Below, piece by piece: positions 38,916 to 47,535 of a DNA stretch of 64,000 nucleotides. Source of the DNA: an uncultured Bacilli bacterium (GTDB lineage Bacteria; Bacillota_I; Bacilli_A; RF39; UBA660); contig CANRNY010000005.1 in NCBI GenBank assembly GCA_947632085.1, positions 12,873 through 76,872 of the forward strand, written 5' to 3'. The stretch's first letter is position 1. The number at the start of each line of letters is the position of its first letter. The translations under genes were made by a program, and so were the position numbers. The notes beneath the pieces are model-generated. The model was not told the DNA's origin. It saw only the letters and a program-made list of their open reading frames with translations, and did no database searches.

Positions 38916-39329
38916 ATGGTTTTTAATAAAAATATTCCAGAATTAGCGGTTACTAATTTAGATAATTCAATAAAGTTTTATAAAACTTGTGGTTTTAAAA
39001 TAGAGTATGAAAGAAAAGAAGACTTATTTGTTTTTCTATCATTAGGTGAAATTCAATTTATGCTACAAGAAATAACAGCGGATGATAAATGGCAAGTTGG
39101 TAAGTTAGAGTATCCATTTGGTAGAGGAATTAATTTTCAGTTAGAAGTTAATAATGTTTCAAAGATATATAATGATTTAATAAAAGCGGGGTATCAAGTA
39201 CAATATCCAATTGAAGAAAATTGGTATCGTGAAGGAGATAAGTTATTAGGAAATAAGGAATTCTTAGTAATGGATCCGGATGGATATTTACTCAGATTTG
39301 CGCAAGATATCGGTTATAAAGATGAATAG
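38916..39329 (+). CDS. VOC/glyoxalase-bleomycin resistance family protein
   Basis: PELAV..L..S.KFY, GRGINFQ, EFLVMDPDGYLLRF. Confidence 0.9.
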   Translation: MVFNKNIPELAVTNLDNSIKFYKTCGFKIEYERKEDLFVFLSLGEIQFMLQEITADDKWQVGKLEYPFGRGINFQLEVNNVSKIYNDLIKAGYQVQYPIEENWYREGDKLLGNKEFLVMDPDGYLLRFAQDIGYKDE

Positions 39330-39702
39330 TAGAGCGATAAAGATAATTGATGATAAATTAGATAGTTTAAAACATTCAAAGTTTAGAAGTAGTTTTCATT
39401 TACGTAAGAGAGAACTTAATTATTTGAAAGATAAAGGGTATGAAGTTATTGAAAGTCATGCTAGAGATTTTATAAAAAACAAGTTAGCTCCTGCTGAACC
39501 ATTAAATGATGGGAGTCAAACACCAATGAAAAATCATCCAGTTTTTATTGCTCAACATGCAACTGCAACTTGTTGTCGTGGTTGTTTAGAAAAATGGCAT
39601 CATATTCCTAAACATAGAGAATTAACTGATAATGAACAGAATTATATAGTAGCTTTAATTATGGAATGGATTAAAAGAGAAAATAAAAAAAATGTTAATT
39701 AG
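39322..39702 (+). CDS. DUF4186 family protein
   Basis: SKFRSSFHL, NDGSQTPM..HPVFIAQHATATCCRGCL.KWH. Confidence 0.9.
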   Translation: MNSRAIKIIDDKLDSLKHSKFRSSFHLRKRELNYLKDKGYEVIESHARDFIKNKLAPAEPLNDGSQTPMKNHPVFIAQHATATCCRGCLEKWHHIPKHRELTDNEQNYIVALIMEWIKRENKKNVN

Positions 39703-39715
39703 TTTTAACATTTTT

Positions 39716-40717
39716 TTAATTGTATTCATCTTCGATATTACCAACAATTTCTTCTATAGCATCTTCCATTGTTAAAATACCAATAAATTCGTTATTATCC
39801 GTAATGATAGAAATTGTTTCGTGGTTTTCTTGCATTAAACGAAATATATCATCTATCTTTTCATTTTTATCAAAAAATAAAGTTTTATGGATAATATCTT
39901 TTAATTTAAGAACTTTATTACTTTGTTGAAGATAAATAAAATCTTTAATATTGATATAACCTAAGACTTTATCATCTTTTAAAACTGGATAACGCGTAAA
40001 TAGTTTCTTTTTTATTTTTTTAATAATTTCTTCTTTAGAATCATTGATGTCTAAACAGGTAATTTCACTACGAGGAGTCATAATCTTTGAAGCTCTTTTA
40101 TCATTAAATTTAAAAATATTTAAAATATATTCTTTTTCTTTTTCTTCCACGATTCCTTCTTTACTACCTGTAATTATCATGTGTTTGATATCTTTTTCAG
40201 TTAAGGAGTTATCATGTTCTTTAATATGAAATATTTTACAGATAAGATCAGTTGAAACCGTAAGGAGAATAATTAAAGGGTAGAATATTTGCGAAATAAA
40301 AGAAATAATATCAATCGTTAAATTAGCTATTTTAAGAGGATTTGAACGAGCAATTTTTTTAGGAACTAATTCACCAAAGACTAATGTTATGTAAGAGAGA
40401 ATTAAAGTTATAATAACCATTAATACATTTTCAGTAAAATTAATACTGATAAAATAAAGGCCATATTCTTCAATAAGAATATCAGTAAATGTTTCAGAAG
40501 CAAAAGCACTAGCTAGAAAGCCAGCTAAAGTAATACCAATTTGAATAGTTGATAAAAATTTACTTTCTTCATTTAACATTTTAAGTATTTTTTTAGACTT
40601 CTTATCTTTTTTATGACTAATAGTATATTTATCTAACGATAGATAAGCTATTTCACTAGCTGATAAAAGACCATTTATAAAGATAAGAATGGCTAGAAAA
40701 AAGAATCTAATTAACAT
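39716..40717 (-). CDS. CNNM/CBS-domain (hemolysin C/CorB-like) protein
   Basis: SASEIA, STIQIGITL, FGELVPKK, tandem CBS domains; lacks the CorC C-terminus. Confidence 0.9.
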   Translation of the reverse strand: MLIRFFFLAILIFINGLLSASEIAYLSLDKYTISHKKDKKSKKILKMLNEESKFLSTIQIGITLAGFLASAFASETFTDILIEEYGLYFISINFTENVLMVIITLILSYITLVFGELVPKKIARSNPLKIANLTIDIISFISQIFYPLIILLTVSTDLICKIFHIKEHDNSLTEKDIKHMIITGSKEGIVEEKEKEYILNIFKFNDKRASKIMTPRSEITCLDINDSKEEIIKKIKKKLFTRYPVLKDDKVLGYINIKDFIYLQQSNKVLKLKDIIHKTLFFDKNEKIDDIFRLMQENHETISIITDNNEFIGILTMEDAIEEIVGNIEDEYN

Positions 40718-40787
40718 ACAATCACCATTAATAGTATAGCATAATTATTAAATAAAATTATGATATAATTATAAATGGAGTGATAAT

Positions 40788-41099
40788 ATGGATTTAAAAG
40801 ATACTTTTAGATATCTAGTTGGAGCTTACTACGGTGTAAGTGAAATGGATAATTATGAATTAAAAGAATATGTATTAAAAGATATCGAAGAATATATAAA
40901 AGAGTTTATAAAAGATAATCCAATCAAAGATTTTGATTATCGTAAGGAAGCAGATTTAGTTAATGAAGAAAGAAGTGTTAAAACTAAATTACAAGATAGT
41001 TTAATTGTTTTACCTAAAGTTAATGCTTCGATGGAACTTATTTTATTAGTAAAAGCGAAAATAAAAGAATTAAGGGAAGAAGAAATAAATTTAAATTAA
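40788..41099 (+). CDS. small hypothetical protein
   Basis: GGAGTG RBS and TGaTATAAT promoter upstream. Confidence 0.7.
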   Translation: MDLKDTFRYLVGAYYGVSEMDNYELKEYVLKDIEEYIKEFIKDNPIKDFDYRKEADLVNEERSVKTKLQDSLIVLPKVNASMELILLVKAKIKELREEEINLN

Positions 41100-41119
41100 T
41101 TTAAATTTAAATTAATCTA

Positions 41120-41148
41120 TTGACAACTAAATAAAATGGTGTTATAGT
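41120..41148 (+). promoter_or_regulatory. strong sigma-A promoter of putative ncRNA
   Basis: TTGACA (41120-25), 17 nt, TG-n-TATAGT (41143-48). Confidence 0.8.
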
Positions 41149-41154
41149 AATATT

Positions 41155-41483
41155 ACTTGATAGTAAAGTAGACATTAAAGTTATTTTTTCTCTTTTTACT
41201 ATTTAGATTTTTAATCTATAATAGTCGATATTATTTTTATAATAATATCCGATAACAGTTATTTGTTATCCATAACATTCTGAAATATGTTTGTTATTAA
41301 CTTATTTTTTTAAAATAAGTTCAAAAGAGAAAAATAGCTTGTCTATGAATCGCTGAACTATCAAGTTGTACGTACGTTGGTGGATCTTAGATCAGTGAGT
41401 ATCATCAAAATTATTCTGTCAAATGGTTTTAGTGATATTTTCCACCAGGGATATAGCGTTGACAGATGCTATATCTTTTTTTT
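41155..41483 (+). ncRNA. putative large structured non-coding RNA of unknown family
   Basis: Own promoter and terminator, no ORF in the track; nested long-range stems, five internal hairpins, two pseudoknot-type complementarities. Confidence 0.75.
41448..41483 (+). terminator. intrinsic terminator of the ncRNA
   Basis: gatatagcg-ttgacaga-tgctatatc followed by T8. Confidence 0.85.
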
Positions 41484-41524
41484 GTGCTTAAAATTTGCTA
41501 TACTTAGAGTAGTGGAGGTGGACG

Positions 41525-42250
41525 ATGATAAATAAAGTTAACTATTTTATTGGATTTTGTAGTTATATTATGGCAATTATCTTAGTTATTTATTATTTGA
41601 TTTTAGAGTTTTCAATCATAACTCTTACATCACCTCTTGATCGAATTAAAATTGTTATATTAACGGTTTTATTAATGTATATAGGTTTAACTTTTTTAAA
41701 GAAAACGGGCAATGAGATTTTTAATAAGTTACCTAAATATAATCTTATAATATGGTTTGTTTTATATTTAATAATGATTTTAAATTTAACATTATTTGAT
41801 AAGTATTTTGGAAGAACTTCAGTAGTTAATAGTATTACAGATATCTTAGATTATCAAAGAATGAAAAATGATTTTGATTCTTTTGCTAATACCATTCCTT
41901 TTAGAACGATTAATAATTTTTATATCGGTTATCAAAATGGGAATGTTGGATTAGAATATTTTTTACGTAATATAGTAGGCAATTTAATTGCTTTTACCCC
42001 ATTAGCTTTTTTCATACCAAGGCTTTTTAAATTTATTAATAAATGGTATAAATTCTTTATTATTGCAAGTATTTTTATATTAGGAATTGAATTTTGTCAG
42101 TTTTTAATGAATAGTGGGGCTTTTGATATCGATGATTATCTTTTAAATATAAGTGGAACTATGGTATTATATATATTAATAAATAACAAATGGGTAAAGA
42201 GTTTGTTAGATAGAATGTTTTATTTAGAGAAGGAAGAAAAAATATGTTGA
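41525..42250 (+). CDS. VanZ-like family membrane protein
   Basis: NTIPFRTI, GNLIAFTPL, IEFCQ....GAFDIDD.LLN. Confidence 0.9.
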   Translation: MINKVNYFIGFCSYIMAIILVIYYLILEFSIITLTSPLDRIKIVILTVLLMYIGLTFLKKTGNEIFNKLPKYNLIIWFVLYLIMILNLTLFDKYFGRTSVVNSITDILDYQRMKNDFDSFANTIPFRTINNFYIGYQNGNVGLEYFLRNIVGNLIAFTPLAFFIPRLFKFINKWYKFFIIASIFILGIEFCQFLMNSGAFDIDDYLLNISGTMVLYILINNKWVKSLLDRMFYLEKEEKIC

Positions 42251-43344
42251 GGAAAGAATTAAAAGATAAGTTATTACTTATTACATATGCAATTATATTA
42301 TTTGTTTGCTTGATGAATTATTCATGGATAGGAGGTATTTTAAAAAATTTATTTAAATTATTATTACCTTTTATTATAGGTGGAATTGTAGCTTTCATTT
42401 TAAATGTATTAGTTAAGATGATAGAAGATAGTTTATTAAAGAAAATGAAAAAAGGTAAGAGAGCTACTAGCGTTATTTTATCTTTAGGATTTATTATTGG
42501 TTTTATAGCAATTATTTTATTTATTTTGATTCCACAAATTCATAATGCTAGTCAAATTTTTATTGATAATATTCCTGAGTATCAACAAAATATTTATAAT
42601 TTAGGTAAGAAGATAGGACTTAGTGAAGAAGAATTAGAATTTGTAAATTTAGAAAATAATAAATTAAGAAATGAAATTACTAATTTGATTAGTAAAAATT
42701 CCAAAAGTATAATTAATGCATCAATGGGATTTGCTAATTCAGTATTTAGTGCAGTATGTGATTTCTTTATTGGATTAGTATTTGCTATATATATATTATT
42801 TGATAAAGAGAGATTAACAAGACAAATAAAGAAATTATTAAAGAAGGTATGTAATAGTAAAGTATATAATTTTATAGTAGATTTAGGTCATATGTCATAT
42901 CTTTCATTTAGTAATTTTATTAAGGTACAAGTTTTTGAAGCTTGTGTGTTAGGTAGTTTATGTTTTGCGGGAATGGCTATTATAGGACTTCCTTATGCTG
43001 CTACTGTATCAGTATTAGTAGGAGTTACAGCATTGATACCAATTTTTGGGGCTTTTATAGGTTGTATAATTGCAGCTTTCTTAATATTTATGGTTAGTCC
43101 TTTAGAAAGTGTTATATTTGTTATTTTCTTTATAATATTACAACAAATTGAAACGAACTTTATTTATCCTAGAGTAGTAGGAGGTAAAGTAGGACTTCCT
43201 GGAATATGGGTTTTTGTTGCTGTAGTAATTGGTGGTAGTATTGGTGGAGTATTTGGAATGTTATTCGGTGTTCCGGTAATGTCAGTAATTTATACTTTAT
43301 TAAAGAATTATGTAAATAAAAAAGAAGGAGTTAAGAGTAGTTAA
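42244..43344 (+). CDS. AI-2E (PerM) family transporter
   Basis: PFIIG...AFILN, LIPIFGAFIG, QQIETNFIYPRVVG. Confidence 0.93.
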   Translation: MLRKELKDKLLLITYAIILFVCLMNYSWIGGILKNLFKLLLPFIIGGIVAFILNVLVKMIEDSLLKKMKKGKRATSVILSLGFIIGFIAIILFILIPQIHNASQIFIDNIPEYQQNIYNLGKKIGLSEEELEFVNLENNKLRNEITNLISKNSKSIINASMGFANSVFSAVCDFFIGLVFAIYILFDKERLTRQIKKLLKKVCNSKVYNFIVDLGHMSYLSFSNFIKVQVFEACVLGSLCFAGMAIIGLPYAATVSVLVGVTALIPIFGAFIGCIIAAFLIFMVSPLESVIFVIFFIILQQIETNFIYPRVVGGKVGLPGIWVFVAVVIGGSIGGVFGMLFGVPVMSVIYTLLKNYVNKKEGVKSS

Positions 43345-43368
43345 TTAAGACATAAAAAAAGCTTTTGA

Positions 43369-44628
43369 TTAAGCTTTTTTTAGTTTCTTAGTAACTTTTT
43401 CAACTTTTTTATTAAGCCATTCTTTACCATCGATAATACGAGCAACAAGCATTGATGAAGCAGTATCACCAACAACATTTAACATTGTAGCTGGTGGATC
43501 GATGATTGTAGCGATGATTGTTAAGATTGGAAGAGCTGTTAGTGGAAAGCCCATCATTGTAATAATTAAAGTTTCAGAGATAGTTCCACCACCTACAGGA
43601 ACAGCAGTTACAAGTAAGTTAGCAATTAAAGCAACACCTATTACTTTGAAAATACTTGGATTAGCACCAAATAAGTAAACTAAGAACATAATTTTAAAGA
43701 CACTACCAATTATTGATCCATCTTTATGGAAACTTGTTCCTAATGGAATTATAGTTTCAGCGATATCATCAGATACACCCATAGCTTTTGAACATTTAAT
43801 ATTAACAGGAATTGAAGCAGCTGATGAACAAGTTGAAATAGAAGTAGCAGTAGCTGGGAAGACATTTCTCCAGAAAGTAAAGAAGCCTTTTTTACCGCCA
43901 GCAATGAAAGCATATAATGAATAAATAACAAAGTAGAATAAGATAGAAACAATAGTATAAATAACAAATGTCTTAGCATAACCGACAGCGATTGATGCAC
44001 CAAATGTTCCAATTAAGGAAGCAAAGTAGCAACCTAAACCGATTGGAGCATATAAGAAGACAAAATCAACAAATTTTAAAACAACTTTATTAGCTGATTC
44101 TAAAACTTTTTTGAAGTCTTCAGCTTCATCACCAAGTTTACTAATAGCTAGACCAACTAAAATAGATACTACAACTAAAGCGATAATATTATCTTTAGAT
44201 AAAATATCTTTAAAGTCGCTAACACTTATTACTTGGACAGTCCTTTCTAAAATATTTAATTCTTCTTTAGTTTCTGTTCCTCCTAAACCTTCCATAATAA
44301 CTTCAGTATCACTAGGATTAACAAGTTTCATAGAATATGTAGATACTAAACCGATAGCAACAGCTACTAAAGAAGTAATAATAAAGACACCAAAGATTGA
44401 TAAAATAACTTTACTTAATCTTTTTGGTTCTTTTATTTTAGCAATAGATGTCGTAATAGTTAAGAAAATTAACGGAATAATGATAACGAACATTAAGTTC
44501 ATGAATAAATCACCAAATGGTTTTAAAACCTCCGTCTTTTCTTTAAATATCAAACCTACAATAGCACCAATTATTAAAGATACTAAAAGAATAATAGTTT
44601 GCTTATAATTTGACCAGAATTTTTTCAT
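43369..44628 (-). CDS. dicarboxylate/amino acid:cation symporter (DAACS)
   Basis: TCSSAASIP, PLGTSFHKDG, ATMLNVVGD. Confidence 0.93.
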   Translation of the reverse strand: MKKFWSNYKQTIILLVSLIIGAIVGLIFKEKTEVLKPFGDLFMNLMFVIIIPLIFLTITTSIAKIKEPKRLSKVILSIFGVFIITSLVAVAIGLVSTYSMKLVNPSDTEVIMEGLGGTETKEELNILERTVQVISVSDFKDILSKDNIIALVVVSILVGLAISKLGDEAEDFKKVLESANKVVLKFVDFVFLYAPIGLGCYFASLIGTFGASIAVGYAKTFVIYTIVSILFYFVIYSLYAFIAGGKKGFFTFWRNVFPATATSISTCSSAASIPVNIKCSKAMGVSDDIAETIIPLGTSFHKDGSIIGSVFKIMFLVYLFGANPSIFKVIGVALIANLLVTAVPVGGGTISETLIITMMGFPLTALPILTIIATIIDPPATMLNVVGDTASSMLVARIIDGKEWLNKKVEKVTKKLKKA

Positions 44629-44755
44629 AGTCTTTTCCTCCTTTAATAAAATAATATGCGTTTATATTGTAAAGATAAAGTAACTATAATCCACATAGTA
44701 ATGAATAAATATTTTAAAAAACCACAATATATGATAAAATTAAAGTGGTGAGAAA

Positions 44756-46300
44756 ATGAAAAAGCAATTTATTAGATTAAATAATAATGATGAACATTTA
44801 AGTATTGGTAATTTATTTAGATTAATAAAGGAATTGTCTAAAAATAAGACTTCGGCTTTACAGAGTGAGTTATTTTGTACTTTGTTTGAAATTGAAACGA
44901 TTAATGATACAACTGTAAATAATTATTGTGTAGGTTGTCGTAGTATTGGTAGTGATTATAAACAAATATATTTAAATAAAGTTAAAAGATATGAAAGAAA
45001 TAAAGAAGAATTTGCTGATAATATTATAGGTATTGGCGAAATTATTGATGGAGTTATATATAATATCCACGATAATAAAATATTATTTATTAATAATAAT
45101 GAAAGTTTAAGAAAGTTAGTTAATAAATTATATAATTTAGCTAAGAATGATCGTTTAGTAGATGAAGAATTTACACATAAGATAAAGAGTTTGATTGATA
45201 GTAATGATTATTATGAAGCTTTTGTACAATTACTTATTTATATTGTGTTATATAAAAGACAACCTTTATATGAAGATGAACTAAAAAAGGAAGTTATAGA
45301 TAATGTTTTAAATGATACAAGTATTAGTTCATTAGATTTACAAGAATATTTATCTTTAAAATTACGTGAAGGAATTAATTTTGATTATTCAATGAAGGAA
45401 TTAGCTAAGAAGGGGAATGCTTATGCTAATTTTGAATTAGGATCTAATGAATATTATGGGTATGTTAAGGGTTTTCCACGTTATGAAGAAGCTTATAATT
45501 ATTTAATAAAAGCGGCTTTAATGGATCATGCTAGTGCTAATTATATGATAGGTAATATGTATATAAAGGGACTTATTGGCAGTCAGAGTAATGATGATTT
45601 GCAAAAAGGGTATGAATTTTTACTTAAATCTTATGAGCTTGGTAATGTAGCGGCTTGTAATCAAATAGGTAATATGTATTTAGATGGGGTATATCCATTA
45701 AAAGTTAATCAAGATGAAGCGATTAAATATTTTATAAAAGCAGCAGATAAGTCATATGCTTTTGCTTTAAATAATTTAGGTAAATTAAAAGAAAGAGAAA
45801 ATAATTATCAAGAAGCTTTTGATTATTACTTAAAATCAGCTATTTTAGGAGAGAGTTGGGCTTGTAATAAAGTAGGAGAGTATTATCGTTTAGGAAAAAT
45901 AGAAAAAAATATGGAAAAAGCATTTAGTTTTTATAATCAGGCTTTAGAAAGTAATTATCGAACATTATGTTATTATGCGTATTATAATTTAGCTAAATAC
46001 TTTTATATGGATGGTAATATAGCAATAGGGGTTAAAAAAGATCAAGATAAGGCTTTAGAATACTTAAAAATAGCGAGTGATAATAATCTTTTAGTAGCGA
46101 CATTAGAAATATTTTATTTTTTAGTAAATAAATATTTAGAAAATAAAGATAGTAATGTAATGAATGAAACAATGATATATAAAGAAAAGATAGAAAATAG
46201 TTCTTTATATGATGATAAAATGCGAAAAGAAATAGAGAATAATTTAGAAAAAATAAAAAATGTCAAAAAAATTGATTTGAGTTGTTTAAACGAGGTATAA
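44756..46300 (+). CDS. Sel1-repeat protein with possible N-terminal HTH-like domain
   Basis: Several A..G...A...LG..Y..G repeats in the C-terminal half. Confidence 0.8.
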   Translation: MKKQFIRLNNNDEHLSIGNLFRLIKELSKNKTSALQSELFCTLFEIETINDTTVNNYCVGCRSIGSDYKQIYLNKVKRYERNKEEFADNIIGIGEIIDGVIYNIHDNKILFINNNESLRKLVNKLYNLAKNDRLVDEEFTHKIKSLIDSNDYYEAFVQLLIYIVLYKRQPLYEDELKKEVIDNVLNDTSISSLDLQEYLSLKLREGINFDYSMKELAKKGNAYANFELGSNEYYGYVKGFPRYEEAYNYLIKAALMDHASANYMIGNMYIKGLIGSQSNDDLQKGYEFLLKSYELGNVAACNQIGNMYLDGVYPLKVNQDEAIKYFIKAADKSYAFALNNLGKLKERENNYQEAFDYYLKSAILGESWACNKVGEYYRLGKIEKNMEKAFSFYNQALESNYRTLCYYAYYNLAKYFYMDGNIAIGVKKDQDKALEYLKIASDNNLLVATLEIFYFLVNKYLENKDSNVMNETMIYKEKIENSSLYDDKMRKEIENNLEKIKNVKKIDLSCLNEV

Positions 46301-46355
46301 AAGTAGAAAATAAGATTAATGATTGATATAATATAAGAGGTAAGGTTGTGGTTTT

Positions 46356-47438
46356 ATGGAAAGCGTTTATATACATATTCCATTTTGTAAAAGTATTTGT
46401 AGTTATTGTGACTTTTGTAAGGTTTTATACCATGGCCCATGGGTAGTACAATATTTAAATGCTTTACTGACAGAGATTAAAGATAAATATGATGGAGAAG
46501 TAATTAAAACAATGTATATTGGTGGGGGAACTCCTTCGTCTTTAGATATGAAAGATTTAAAATATTTATTTGATATAATTGGTAAATTTAACTTAGCTGA
46601 TGATTTAGAATTTACTTTTGAATGTAATTTAAACGATATAACAGAAGAATTATTAGTCTTTTTAAAGGAACATCGTGTTAATAGATTAAGTATTGGTATC
46701 GAATCTTTTAATCCTAAGAAATTAGAGTTTATGGAAAGAAGTCATACCTTTGATGATGCAGTTAAAAAGATGAAATTAATGCGTAAGATAGGATTTGATA
46801 ATATTAATGTTGATTTTATATATGGAATACCTAAAGAATCAATAAGAATGATGAAAAAAGATTTAGATATGGTATTAAAATTAAATCCTGATCATGTTAG
46901 TACATATTCTTTAATTGTTGAAGATAATACGAAAATAGGAATTAGTGGAATTGTACCTATTCCGGAAGAATTAGATGCTTCAATGTATGAATATGTTTGT
47001 GAAAAGTTAGAAATTAAAAATTATGAACACTATGAAGTATCTAACTTTGCTTTAAAGGGGAAGAAAAGTAAACATAATTTAAATTATTGGGATAATAATG
47101 AATATTATGGTTTTGGTTTAGGAGCTTCGGGATATATTCATGGTGTTAGATATGAAAATACTCGTAGTTTAACTAAATATCTTAATGGTGAATTCTTACT
47201 TAAAGAAGAAGTATTAAGTAAAGAAGATAAGATGTATAATGAATTAATGCTAGGATTTAGAAAAATGGAAGGGATTAATTTAAAAGAATTTTTTAGAAAA
47301 TATGAAGTTAATATGCAAGAAGTATTTGATTTAAAAGAAGCTTTAGATGAAGAAGAATTAATAGTAGATGGTGAATATATTTATATTAATCCTGAATATA
47401 TATATGTAATGAATGAAATATTAATTAAAATATTATAA
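46356..47438 (+). CDS. hemW: radical SAM heme chaperone HemW
   Basis: YIHIPFCKSICSYCDF, GGGTPS, HYEVSNF, HNLNYW. Confidence 0.95.
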   Translation: MESVYIHIPFCKSICSYCDFCKVLYHGPWVVQYLNALLTEIKDKYDGEVIKTMYIGGGTPSSLDMKDLKYLFDIIGKFNLADDLEFTFECNLNDITEELLVFLKEHRVNRLSIGIESFNPKKLEFMERSHTFDDAVKKMKLMRKIGFDNINVDFIYGIPKESIRMMKKDLDMVLKLNPDHVSTYSLIVEDNTKIGISGIVPIPEELDASMYEYVCEKLEIKNYEHYEVSNFALKGKKSKHNLNYWDNNEYYGFGLGASGYIHGVRYENTRSLTKYLNGEFLLKEEVLSKEDKMYNELMLGFRKMEGINLKEFFRKYEVNMQEVFDLKEALDEEELIVDGEYIYINPEYIYVMNEILIKIL

Positions 47439-47535
47439 AAAACTCAGATGAGTTTTTTTATTTTGAATAAAAATTTATGTTGTATTAAATTGAAATATGA
47501 TATAATCTTCTTAGATTAGAAAGGTGGTCAATATA

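Noticed and set aside
41086-41116. AT-only palindrome aaatttaaattaatttaaattt
   Set aside because: Low complexity; at most a weak terminator for the 103-aa gene
41160-41366. Resemblance to hatchet ribozyme, c-di-AMP, lysine riboswitch or RNase P fragments (AAGTAGA..TCTATGA, AATCGCTG, CTGTCA)
   Set aside because: Only short word matches; the other essential conserved blocks of each family are absent
41378-41447. tmRNA/tRNA-like CCACCA end and T-box-like GGTGG in the ncRNA
   Set aside because: No T-arm (GTTCRA), no GGGG 5' acceptor strand and no UGGNACC; CCACCA is simply the 3' strand of a local stem
41459-41504. TTGACA in the terminator loop as the -35 for vanZ
   Set aside because: No -10 at 16-18 nt spacing; the nearest TATACT is ~35 nt away and has its own TG extension
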